Shown here piece by piece: positions 19,395-28,238 of a stretch of DNA of 64,000 nucleotides; position 1 is the stretch's first letter; every line of letters begins with the position of its first letter. This DNA comes from Candidatus Nanohaloarchaea archaeon (lineage in GTDB: Archaea > Nanohalarchaeota > Nanosalinia > Nanosalinales > Nanosalinaceae), in contig JBLGBN010000001.1 of NCBI GenBank assembly GCA_047617745.1, positions 32,001-96,000 on the forward strand, in the 5' to 3' direction. A program made the position numbers and the translations under genes. Under the pieces are notes generated by a model. The model worked only from the letters and a program-made list of their open reading frames with translations. It was not told where the DNA came from and searched no databases.

Positions 19395-19724
19395 CTATTC
19401 CTGCGGACCCGTTCTGCCGCTATCTGAATCAGATCCTGCTCCGGAACCAGATGTATCTGACTGCCCAGAGCCTTCATCCGGACATTCTCTACCTGTAGCC
19501 TGTATTTCGCATTCCTCAGGAGCTTCCTCTTTTAGAGAATTCACCTCTTCTCCCTTACATGCACGGGATATACGCTCCTCGTAGTAACTGCATTCCGCGC
19601 TCTGCTGCTGACCATCAGCAAACCCGTCGAATCCCTCAGCTTGGCCTGTTGCGAGATAGAGAATTGCCACGCCTGTCACTAGGGCAACCATTGCTACAAC
19701 CACAATTTCGACAGTCTTATCCAT
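19395..19724 (-). CDS. Pilin-like protein without obvious class III leader
   Basis: N-terminal hydrophobic helix MDKTVEIVVVAMVALV, four Cys, Ser/Gly tail. Confidence 0.7.
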   Translation of the reverse strand: MDKTVEIVVVAMVALVTGVAILYLATGQAEGFDGFADGQQQSAECSYYEERISRACKGEEVNSLKEEAPEECEIQATGRECPDEGSGQSDTSGSGAGSDSDSGRTGPQE

Positions 19725-19732
19725 TTAGATCA

Positions 19733-20029
19733 CTACTGAACTTCGCCGCACTGTACCTGTCCGCCCGCGGAGCCAGGCATACCTGTAATAGTTGAGGCAC
19801 CAGGTATCAGATTTCCTTCCTGATCAAGACATGTTGAAGGAACATCTTTAGCCGAGTTTGTACCAGAACATATTGCGTTCACAGTACCTCTACATGAACT
19901 CGTGCTGGTATCGCTGTTTACATCTCCCAGACCGCCCTGAACCATGAAAATTACCGTGAGCGCTGTCATCATAAGAACAGATGCAGCGACAATAAGCGCC
20001 AGTGTCTGGGACATGCCTTTACTGTTCAT
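19733..20029 (-). CDS. Type IV pilin (class III signal peptide), candidate major pilin
   Basis: MNSKG/MSQTLALIVAASVLMM; four Cys; TATA-like TTTTTATA upstream. Confidence 0.85.
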   Translation of the reverse strand: MNSKGMSQTLALIVAASVLMMTALTVIFMVQGGLGDVNSDTSTSSCRGTVNAICSGTNSAKDVPSTCLDQEGNLIPGASTITGMPGSAGGQVQCGEVQ

Positions 20030-20129
20030 GGATTTTGATTCGGTCTGCTGGTATAAAAACGGTGCGGTGTCGCCAAAACAAAAAGAAAAATAGAGTTGAG
20101 AGAAAAGATCTCTCCAAGCCGGGAAAACT

Positions 20130-20417
20130 TTATTCCTGGTCCTGTGTCAGGTTGATCTGGATTGAGGAAACATTAAGTTCGTCTCCTTCATCCGTTTCAA
20201 TCTGATCTGTGTCGATTGAGATCTCATCTACTTCTGCTGTCTCTTCAAATTTACTTCTGACCATCTCTGCAACGTCTACTGCTCTGCTAATTGCTTTTCC
20301 TCTTGCCTTTACGTGTACAGTCTCGTGTCCTTCGTTAAACTGGGTTACTACTGCGAGGACATAGCTCATTGCAGGTTTTGAACCGACGTATACTGTGTTG
20401 TCATCTTCTTCTGCCAT
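20130..20417 (-). CDS. albA: Chromatin protein Alba
   Basis: [39 protein letters not shown]. Confidence 0.97.
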   Translation of the reverse strand: MAEEDDNTVYVGSKPAMSYVLAVVTQFNEGHETVHVKARGKAISRAVDVAEMVRSKFEETAEVDEISIDTDQIETDEGDELNVSSIQINLTQDQE

Positions 20418-20470
20418 ACTGTTTGGTCACCTCTAAACCCTTTATTGTGTAGAACTGATAAAAAACTGAC

Positions 20471-21664
20471 TCAGTTAATCTCGTGGAGATAGTCGAACTT
20501 GAAGCGAATTGTTTGAAGTTGAGCCTTTGAATCCAGAACTTTTCTGTCTCTTCTCAGTTTTTGTTCCGGCACATCAAAACCTTCAATCTGTTCACGGGCT
20601 TCCTCTGTGGTTATCTCGCCGCTTTCCCATCTGTTAAATTCTCTCCGGGTCTCTTCATCATAATCTATATCAAAGTCGTTGTAGTTAATTTCACCCTCTT
20701 CTAGAGCCTTTCTCGGATCTTTTTGAGCATCTATCTTCTTCCGATCGTAGAGTGTGTACTTCAAAGTTGCGTCGGTAACCTCTACCGTGTAATCTACATC
20801 ATAGGTCTGGCCTTCTCTTTCATCATAATTTGTGCATTCTCCCTCCTCATCCCTGGATACACATACCTCATAATCGTAGGTATCAAACTCCGGATCTCTT
20901 TCCAAGATGCCGAACTCAAATTCCGTATCCGTCTCCACCTCTACCCATTCAGGGATCTCAAAATCGCTTACTGCGTCCTCTGCCAAGTTTTCATTCTCAA
21001 TGGAGTCTCTTTCTGCTTCCTCTCTTGCCTGTTCATCTGTCCTGTCCTGCTGACTTGAACTCACCAAATCCCGATCCTGGGTACCGGCGCTTCCTGTCCC
21101 CTCCCCCCAGTCTTCTGGAAGATCGCCTTCAATGTGTTCAGCCAAATTAACTCCCACTTCTGAAAGCTGGACGTAGCTGTTGTTTACATTTGCTGAACTT
21201 ATTTCAGTCTGTGAAAGTTTCAGCCTCGAAGTTGTATTGGTTCCTCTACAAACAATATAAGGCTCTGAGAATTCTATGTCGTAGATATTATTCTCTTCAA
21301 CAGAGACAGTCCTAATGCTTGGTGGGGAGCAGTCAACCAGACTGGACTGGGATTTCACTTCTTCGGTCACGGCTTCAAGGTAGCTATCCAGCATCGACTG
21401 GTGTGAAGGCGCAGATCTCCAGGTTTTATCGCTTTTACCTTGCTGGAGAGCAGCAATATTTGAGGAATAGTTCAGTTCTTTCTCCATTCTGGGGGTATAG
21501 AGTTTCTCTCTTATCTGGGCCTCGGCCATTGTATTGAAGCCGTCAACGCTGTAATCTATCCTGTGTTTGTATTCATCCTGGAAAAGTAGGGCTCCAAATA
21601 TGTTACCAGTTATAATGAATAGAAAGACTACAACAACTAGCAAGCCCGTATTTTGACCTTTCAG
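20471..21664 (-). CDS. Large minor pilin-like protein, probable CTG start giving MKG/QNTG class III leader
   Basis: In-frame CTG AAA GGT CAA overlaps the upstream TGA; SD AGGTGA 6 nt upstream; hydrophobic helix follows. Confidence 0.75.
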   Translation of the reverse strand: MKGQNTGLLVVVVFLFIITGNIFGALLFQDEYKHRIDYSVDGFNTMAEAQIREKLYTPRMEKELNYSSNIAALQQGKSDKTWRSAPSHQSMLDSYLEAVTEEVKSQSSLVDCSPPSIRTVSVEENNIYDIEFSEPYIVCRGTNTTSRLKLSQTEISSANVNNSYVQLSEVGVNLAEHIEGDLPEDWGEGTGSAGTQDRDLVSSSQQDRTDEQAREEAERDSIENENLAEDAVSDFEIPEWVEVETDTEFEFGILERDPEFDTYDYEVCVSRDEEGECTNYDEREGQTYDVDYTVEVTDATLKYTLYDRKKIDAQKDPRKALEEGEINYNDFDIDYDEETRREFNRWESGEITTEEAREQIEGFDVPEQKLRRDRKVLDSKAQLQTIRFKFDYLHEIN

Positions 21665-22113
21665 TTTGGATCACCTGTATAAGCTCCGAGAGCTGATCTT
21701 GCCCGCACCATATCCCTGTCAGGAGAGGCCACATAAGTTGAGAACCGGTAGTCTTGGCCGTAAGTTTCACTTTCGATCTTCACCTCTCCATCAGCGGCTC
21801 TAAAGCCGTAGACCTCGCTGTGTGCTCCCAGAACTCTTTCAGCGTAAAGAGATATGGATTTATTCCACTTCTTTCTGATCTCTTCATCCTGATACTGGAA
21901 GAAACCTATTCTACTTCTAACTGTATCGTTCATCACTATAGAATGGGCAGTACCTGCCTGAAAGCTGTTCTCGTTGAAAGTTACATCCGCATACAAGGAA
22001 GTCTTAACACTTTCTTCAGCTAAGAAGAGCGAAGCAAATATTAGAAGGAGGAGCATCGGCGTCATCGCCACTATCAGGACTGTGATATCAATTGATCCCT
22101 TCACTTGTCTCAC
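21661..22113 (-). CDS. Minor pilin-like protein
   Basis: KG/SIDITVLIVAM class III-like signal. Confidence 0.75.
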   Translation of the reverse strand: MRQVKGSIDITVLIVAMTPMLLLLIFASLFLAEESVKTSLYADVTFNENSFQAGTAHSIVMNDTVRSRIGFFQYQDEEIRKKWNKSISLYAERVLGAHSEVYGFRAADGEVKIESETYGQDYRFSTYVASPDRDMVRARSALGAYTGDPN

Positions 22114-22477
22114 CTACCATTAAATGCGTATTAGTTATGCTTCCATCCGATTCAATTATCTGTAGAGGTACAGGGAGCGGAGTAAAAACCTGGCCGCAGT
22201 CAGACTCATCTATAACTAAGGGCCCGCTTTCGAAACCTGATACCTCCTCCGCGCAATTCTCCTGTAAGCTGTTATACTGCCCACGAGTCAGTACACCCGT
22301 CCTTTCGCCTCTTTCAAGCATGTGTAGTGCGCCAGCAGCCTTGTAACCTAATCTCTCGTTATTCTGCCTTGTTAAATCGTCTAGGCCCTCCATAGTGGAC
22401 GCCTGCATCATCATAGCCAGCCAGATCACCATTATTATGACAAGCCCGGACACTATACCAATGATCGGGCTTTCCAT
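22088..22477 (-). CDS. Minor pilin-like protein without leader
   Basis: N-terminal hydrophobic helix MESPIIGIVSGLVII; Cys pair; operon context. Confidence 0.7.
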   Translation of the reverse strand: MESPIIGIVSGLVIIMVIWLAMMMQASTMEGLDDLTRQNNERLGYKAAGALHMLERGERTGVLTRGQYNSLQENCAEEVSGFESGPLVIDESDCGQVFTPLPVPLQIIESDGSITNTHLMVGETSEGIN

Positions 22478-22888
22478 CTAACATTCACCCGGGCTGACGA
22501 CAATTCTGCCGGATTTTTCGATACATATATAGCTGCTTTTCCCCTCGTCTTCCGTCGTGACTCTGATATCGCCCGGAGGATTTATTTCACGGATCCTGGT
22601 CTCATCCTCGCTTGGTATATAGCTGTCGAACCTATAGGCTATACTCCCTCCATTCTGGTCCGTAATATTATATTTATCTCGCAGCCCTAGCTCAACAGAG
22701 GAGCCATCCGGAGCTGTTTCTAACGTGTATATAGCTATCTCAACCCTTTCAGCTACTAGAGGAACAGTGTTGAGCGATATCCTTTCATCCAGTTCTGCCA
22801 CTCTCTCTATGCCTATTCCCATCACAAGTGCAGCTGCGAAAAAAGTTACAATAGTCATACCCAGTGTAATAGACATGCCTTTACTCAA
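22478..22888 (-). CDS. Minor pilin-like protein
   Basis: MSKG/MSITLGMTIV class III signal; C-terminal Cys pair. Confidence 0.8.
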   Translation of the reverse strand: MSKGMSITLGMTIVTFFAAALVMGIGIERVAELDERISLNTVPLVAERVEIAIYTLETAPDGSSVELGLRDKYNITDQNGGSIAYRFDSYIPSEDETRIREINPPGDIRVTTEDEGKSSYICIEKSGRIVVSPGEC

Positions 22889-23303
22889 CTATATCACCTG
22901 TCTGACTGCCATCGTATTGTTCTGAAATCGTTACCGTCCTCTGGCTATCATCCCTCTCAATCACATAGCTGTTCGAAACTCGGAATTCATTGGTAATCGG
23001 GCACTCCACAGTAGCTGTACCTTCAATATCCTCGCTAGGACTCACCAGCATCACCTGAGTTTCGTCGTTCTGACTTCTATTGATACTGTATTCTTCTATA
23101 TCCAAAATAGCGCGGCTGGTTCCTTGCTCGTTTTCACACACTGAGTTAACGTTGTTCGCAAAGTTTTCAAACTCTCCACTATGCCCTGAAACACTGCTAC
23201 CGACTATCTGCGATTGGGTTAGAATTATCCCCAATGCTGCAGTAGCCGACAGAAGGCCAATAACTACTCTTACAGACATACTGGGAGTGTTATCCGCGGC
23301 CAT
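22881..23303 (-). CDS. Minor pilin-like protein
   Basis: N-terminal TM, amphipathic helix ending NSVC, second Cys; operon context. Confidence 0.7.
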   Translation of the reverse strand: MAADNTPSMSVRVVIGLLSATAALGIILTQSQIVGSSVSGHSGEFENFANNVNSVCENEQGTSRAILDIEEYSINRSQNDETQVMLVSPSEDIEGTATVECPITNEFRVSNSYVIERDDSQRTVTISEQYDGSQTGDIVE

Positions 23304-23532
23304 ACCTGATCCCTGCTAGATTTCCAGAGCTATCCTGAGTTTCAGATTCGTCTCCTGTAGGAAACTCATAACCATTACCTCCTTCTGGAGTAAAAAATCC
23401 CTGACCTTCAGAATTCTCACCGAAAAGTGACTGTCCAACTTGATCAAGGCTTCCGCTGAAAACAAGTGATACCGAGAGTACAATGCTGACAGCTACAACT
23501 ATCGCCACCACTACAGCGGTTTCAGCATTCAT
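23290..23532 (-). CDS. Small pilin-like protein without leader
   Basis: MNAETAVVVAIVVAVSIVL; ATGA overlap with upstream ORF. Confidence 0.7.
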   Translation of the reverse strand: MNAETAVVVAIVVAVSIVLSVSLVFSGSLDQVGQSLFGENSEGQGFFTPEGGNGYEFPTGDESETQDSSGNLAGIRYGRG

Positions 23533-23654
23533 GGAAGCAACCCCTGAAGAAATGTCTCCGCACCACCAGTCTGATTTTGGACCATGAAGATCAGGGCCAT
23601 CACTAAAGCGATTCCAAGCACCATTGATACAACCATCCTGATCGATATGCTCAT
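23529..23654 (-). CDS. 41-aa pilin-like microprotein
   Basis: Manual translation MSISIRMVVSMVLGIALVMALIFMVQNQTGGAETFLQGLLP; ATGA-coupled to next gene; TTTATTTA upstream. Confidence 0.75.
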   Translation of the reverse strand: MSISIRMVVSMVLGIALVMALIFMVQNQTGGAETFLQGLLP

Positions 23655-23693
23655 AAACAGTATGACTGGAAGCTCGGATAAATAAACTTGGAT

Positions 23694-23882
23694 TTAACTA
23701 CCGGAAGATCCGGCAGAACCACCGACCTCGGGGCTGAACTCTGCGACATGATCATTCAACTGGCCTCCAATCCCCTCCATCCAGCCCGTAGTAGCGAGGT
23801 AATACGCCATTACAAACATTATCGCCAGAGTGAGAGATGCAATAAGGAAAATAGGTTTATCCAGTCCTTTCCTCTTCTTCAT
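23694..23882 (-). CDS. Small type IV pilin
   Basis: MKKRKG/LDKPIFLIASL class III signal; GAGGGG SD. Confidence 0.8.
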   Translation of the reverse strand: MKKRKGLDKPIFLIASLTLAIMFVMAYYLATTGWMEGIGGQLNDHVAEFSPEVGGSAGSSGS

Positions 23883-23925
23883 TCTTAACCCCTCAACCGC
23901 TAATTTTAGGTTCCTAGCTAACATG

Positions 23926-25815
23926 CTAACATTTCACCTCAACCTTCTCCACAGAGGATCCCTTCAACTCTGAATCTCCAGTTTTTCCTTCGACTTTTAC
24001 CTTGAAAGAATTAATCTGTCCAATGTCGAATGACCTGTCCCCGCTGCTCGCAAATGAGATTCTCCCATTATCACCATCAGAGTTCGACTCGAAAACGATT
24101 TCTTCCTCCTCGAGGTAGTATATCCATCCAGATTCCTCTTCGTTTCCTAGATTCTCGCCTTCTATGTAAAACCTATATGTGTCATCATCATATGTTGAGC
24201 TGGCAGTATAACTGTTACCTTCGCTTGTTTCTATTTGATAAGTTACATCTGCTTCAGTAGTTCTTAACGGGTGGATTACAACCTTTTCCACCGACCTGTA
24301 ATGGTCTAAAAAGCTGGCCGTAGTAGAACCGCCACTTTCGTAGACGTTAAAATGTAAACCTTCACTATCTCTTGCTACCTCAGAACTCTGGCTGGATTCT
24401 ACTTTGTAAATGTCTGTAATATCATACATAGAATCCGACTCTTCGCAGCTTTGATCTTTATCTCCATACCAAACTGTATTGTAGTAGTTGAAGCCTCCTC
24501 CACCTTTTTGAGAAATTTGATCCTCGACTAGACCACATTTAACATCTATACCATTCCAGTTTCTGCCGCTGAGATCCTCTTTGTGGTAATTCATTACCTC
24601 CTGGAATGAACAACTTTCTCCCCCGTTCCCGAAGTCTAATTCCGGTCCAACCTGATTACCCTCCACGGTTAGATCAGGACTCTGGTCGATACAATCGGTT
24701 GCGCCACGTTCCGCCACCATCCGCGGGAATACAATTTCTGTTCCGAACCCGCTTGCCCAGTCGAAGTTGTCAACATCTGTCTCCCCAGAATTATCAATAG
24801 CCCCTGCGTTGGATTGGATATAACCTGTCGCGTTCTCGCATAAGACATATTTAGCAGGTTTGAGCTCGGGACCATCCGCGCCCAATAGAAACTCCTTTAA
24901 ATCGGAATTTGTTCCCCGACCGCATAAGGTTAAACCGTTCGTATAACCATCGTACCCTTCCTTAATTATAGGGATGTTCTGCATTCTCACCCGAAAAGCG
25001 TATATCATTCTCTGACCCCCGTTGTACTTATTGATATCTTCGTTATTACCGGAATAAATCTCGTATAAAGCAGAAATAGGCTCATGTTCAGGATAGAAAA
25101 CTGCTTGTTTTTTCGCGGCATGGCTGCGTGAGCAATCATTCGAACTTAACCCATCCGGCAACATGAGTGATGTTCTGCTATTTCTCCAGAAATCGGGAAA
25201 GTTACCAAAATCTGTCGGGGCATCCTTATATAGACTTAGTGATCCGATCTGAGGTTCCTCAAAAACGAGTGTATTCTCCATATTAAAGCCGATCTTTCCG
25301 AACCTTCCCTCCATATCATTAGTCTGCTTAGAATTAGGGCCAGGTCTCGCACCATCTAGAGCGGGTTTAACTATCTCCGTTGGCGAGTCAGTTCCTACAC
25401 ATGTTAGCGGAGCCTCACCTTTCCCTTTACTGACTTCAAATGCTTCTCCGACATTACCTGTATCATAGTTGAAGTAGACGACATCTTTATCCGGATTTCC
25501 AGAACCAAGCTGACGCCAATCTGCATCATCTACAAGCGGTAAAAAATCGCACCTCTGAGCCATAATCATATTCACAAGAATTGTCTCCCTCACTTCCTGT
25601 TTTGCCTTATCCTCATCCGGATTTTCTTCACTATCCCCCTCATAGATATCGCCGAAGGTTACACTTCTGTCTATCGAGCCTAGCGCATCCTGGAAGCTGT
25701 TAACATTTGGGTCAAGCGAGTTTACTTTGATAGAATCCAAGGTTCCGAATATAGCTAGTCCTACTAAGATCGGCAGAAATATTTTGAAGACCGTGGATTG
25801 CATTGTGAGCGACAT
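23926..25815 (-). CDS. Large Cys-rich pilus-associated extracellular protein (putative tip adhesin)
   Basis: Single N-terminal TM, about ten Cys, beta-rich C-terminal domain, within the pilin operon. Confidence 0.7.
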   Translation of the reverse strand: MSLTMQSTVFKIFLPILVGLAIFGTLDSIKVNSLDPNVNSFQDALGSIDRSVTFGDIYEGDSEENPDEDKAKQEVRETILVNMIMAQRCDFLPLVDDADWRQLGSGNPDKDVVYFNYDTGNVGEAFEVSKGKGEAPLTCVGTDSPTEIVKPALDGARPGPNSKQTNDMEGRFGKIGFNMENTLVFEEPQIGSLSLYKDAPTDFGNFPDFWRNSRTSLMLPDGLSSNDCSRSHAAKKQAVFYPEHEPISALYEIYSGNNEDINKYNGGQRMIYAFRVRMQNIPIIKEGYDGYTNGLTLCGRGTNSDLKEFLLGADGPELKPAKYVLCENATGYIQSNAGAIDNSGETDVDNFDWASGFGTEIVFPRMVAERGATDCIDQSPDLTVEGNQVGPELDFGNGGESCSFQEVMNYHKEDLSGRNWNGIDVKCGLVEDQISQKGGGGFNYYNTVWYGDKDQSCEESDSMYDITDIYKVESSQSSEVARDSEGLHFNVYESGGSTTASFLDHYRSVEKVVIHPLRTTEADVTYQIETSEGNSYTASSTYDDDTYRFYIEGENLGNEEESGWIYYLEEEEIVFESNSDGDNGRISFASSGDRSFDIGQINSFKVKVEGKTGDSELKGSSVEKVEVKC

Positions 25816-25819
25816 TGTT

Positions 25820-25996
25820 CTAGCAGGGCTGTATCGCCCCTCCTGAAGTGTCAGATATTATGGATGCTATAGGGCTACATCCCTCTGCGGCCCCCTGTGC
25901 ATCAAATATCGATCCCATGATCAGCGATCCGACCACGAGAAACATGAATAAAGCGATTACCAGTCCGACCAGAAAGTTCATTGACGATCCTTTCAT
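25820..25996 (-). CDS. 58-aa type IV pilin-like protein
   Basis: Manual translation MKG/SSMNFLVGLVIALFMFLVVGSLIMGSIFDAQGAAEGCSPIASIISDTSGGAIQPC. Confidence 0.82.
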   Translation of the reverse strand: MKGSSMNFLVGLVIALFMFLVVGSLIMGSIFDAQGAAEGCSPIASIISDTSGGAIQPC

Positions 25997-26103
25997 GGTC
26001 TCAACCCCTGTGACCAGAATATTAGCATTGCTGCAACTATGATCATCGTTAATCCTATCTCGTACAGCATATACGTTGAGAGTTTTCCTTTACGTTGGGA
26101 CAC
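25993..26103 (-). CDS. 36-aa type IV pilin-like microprotein (GTG start)
   Basis: Manual translation MSQRKG/KLSTYMLYEIGLTMIIVAAMLIFWSQGLRP; GGAGGT SD inside the upstream gene; ATGA overlap downstream. Confidence 0.72.
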   Translation of the reverse strand: MSQRKGKLSTYMLYEIGLTMIIVAAMLIFWSQGLRP

Positions 26104-28228
26104 CTTGTACAATACCTCCGAACAAGACCGATACTATGATCAGGCTTAAACTGTAGAATATCATTCCTGAAATAAGTATCTTCCCGATGAACATGTTTCT
26201 GTAGGTTTTGTTCTCCCCCTCCTGGATCTTCATGTAGAATGTTCCAAGGATAAACAGTAGCTGGATAAGGTAAACACCAACAACGAACTGCAGTACTTCT
26301 GGAGGGATTGCCGAGTCAAGATTTCCAAGTATTCCTGTAAAGTCTCCTCCAGCTCCCGCCTGTGTCGATCCTATCTCTCCCTCTATATCAGAGAAAGATC
26401 TGCTGAGCTCGTACATCGCAGTTATAATCGTCTGAGACATCCCTACCGCTATACCTGAAACAATTGGTGCCAGAAGGTAGGCAAGCATCAGAATTGTTGT
26501 CGTAGTATCCTCCATCAGATCGTTGAGCCTTTCCTGCGTCTTATGGATGTTGTCAAGATACTTGGAGATTGTCATCATAGCCATGGAAGCCATATTGGTT
26601 CCTTTATCTGAGGACTTGAGAATCGCCTTCATCACTGTATGGATCATCTGTGACGGGAACTGCCTCAGAGCGCCGTAGCTCTCGTCGAAAATCGCTTTCT
26701 CAAATGTCATTCCCATGTCTTTGATGTTGTGAGAGGATTCTCTGAAAAGCGCAGAGATCTCCAGATCGGAGGTTGATTCCGCTGCTTCCTCCAGCGCTAA
26801 TTCAATAGGCGTACCTCCCGAGATCTTGTTTCCTAGCTGGAACAGTGCTGTTGGGAACTGCTGCTCAATGTTCTTGAGGTTCTCCTCTGCTTTCTTCCTT
26901 TTCTTGTTTCCAAGGATTAATGCTGTTCCAATACCGAGACCAGCTCCAGTAGTCAGACTTAAGCTCCTCATAAGCATCGCGAGCGGTGAGACTCCATCCG
27001 AACCCCCAAGAAGAGCCGGTATTGAGGTTTGCTCCAAGACTTCCGCTCCTACCGGGTAGGTATAAGGGAATATAAGATAGCCGACCATTCCGTATAGCCC
27101 TATAACGAAGAAAATCCCCAAGCCGATAGGCCATGTCGGGATTTCAATATCCAGAGATTCTATAAGATATTTTCCACGAGTTGGTAAGCTTTCCTCGCTG
27201 GTAGGTTTGGAACTGACTGTTGGGGGTCTGGAGCTTAACACCCTCTGCATGAACCAGTAAAGAAATCCAGGGAGCATAACATTGAACAGCAGAAACAAAT
27301 GGGTTATCGTAATACTCGAACCCATGAACACCGAGATAAGCGGTAGCATAATCATGCCGAGAACCGGGAGCATAGCACCCATAGCGTTCAGTATCATGAC
27401 CGGAGTTTTCAAGCCCTGTGCGTAATGTTTCATCTTCTCCTGTGTCCCATCAAGAATTCTATCAATCGAATCCTGAAGAAGCGACTCTCTTCTCTCCTTG
27501 TTGGGCTCATTTACCGCAGCTTTAAGCAGCTGGAGGGACTCCAGGAAGTCATCGTTATAGTCTTTCCAGGCTTTCGTGTACTTCTCCAGCGATTCCTCTA
27601 TACTGTTGTATTTACCAACCTCTACATCCCACAGAATACCTTTCAGATCTTTGGATATAGGCCCTTCAAGGTTTAGAGCTGCAAACCTGATGGCGCCTTC
27701 AAGATTAGGCGAGCTCCGCATGTATATTACCATGTAGAGTATCGATAGTATCATCTCACCGCTGCTCTTGATAACCTTGTTCTTGGCGGCGTAAACAGGC
27801 TTGTAGTAGACATAAGCCCCAGAAGCTGCCGATATAACTCCGGCCACCATCATAATCGAGACCGGGATAAAAGGGCCTAAAACCATGTTAACCATAAAAG
27901 CTAGAGACCACAACATGAAAAGCCCAAAGCTAACCATTACAGAAGCTGAAAGAACCATTCCCGGGGTTATATCCCACTTCAGGAGACGTAATGGCGGACT
28001 CAATTTCTTCTGACTCCTTTTCCCGGCTTTAATGTTCAGTATTTCAGAAGATTTGTTGCAAAGCTTCTCATACCTGCTCATCTGGTTCTCTTCTTTTTCT
28101 TCCTCTTTGTATTCTTTGTACTCACGGGAATAGCCTCTTTTCGAGCCCGTGTTATACGGTGGCATCTTCATACCGGCGTTCAAATCGTTTACTATATCTT
28201 TTAGCCTTTCACGCTCGTCCTGGTCCAT
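26090..28228 (-). CDS. Type IV pilus membrane platform protein (TadB/TadC, two T2SSF-like domains)
   Basis: Two cytoplasmic domains (YMRSSPNLEGAI; QFPTALFQLGNKISGGTPIELAL) each followed by TMs; directly downstream of the ATPase. Confidence 0.88.
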   Translation of the reverse strand: MDQDERERLKDIVNDLNAGMKMPPYNTGSKRGYSREYKEYKEEEKEENQMSRYEKLCNKSSEILNIKAGKRSQKKLSPPLRLLKWDITPGMVLSASVMVSFGLFMLWSLAFMVNMVLGPFIPVSIMMVAGVISAASGAYVYYKPVYAAKNKVIKSSGEMILSILYMVIYMRSSPNLEGAIRFAALNLEGPISKDLKGILWDVEVGKYNSIEESLEKYTKAWKDYNDDFLESLQLLKAAVNEPNKERRESLLQDSIDRILDGTQEKMKHYAQGLKTPVMILNAMGAMLPVLGMIMLPLISVFMGSSITITHLFLLFNVMLPGFLYWFMQRVLSSRPPTVSSKPTSEESLPTRGKYLIESLDIEIPTWPIGLGIFFVIGLYGMVGYLIFPYTYPVGAEVLEQTSIPALLGGSDGVSPLAMLMRSLSLTTGAGLGIGTALILGNKKRKKAEENLKNIEQQFPTALFQLGNKISGGTPIELALEEAAESTSDLEISALFRESSHNIKDMGMTFEKAIFDESYGALRQFPSQMIHTVMKAILKSSDKGTNMASMAMMTISKYLDNIHKTQERLNDLMEDTTTTILMLAYLLAPIVSGIAVGMSQTIITAMYELSRSFSDIEGEIGSTQAGAGGDFTGILGNLDSAIPPEVLQFVVGVYLIQLLFILGTFYMKIQEGENKTYRNMFIGKILISGMIFYSLSLIIVSVLFGGIVQGVPT

Positions 28229-28238
28229 TTTTACCGCC

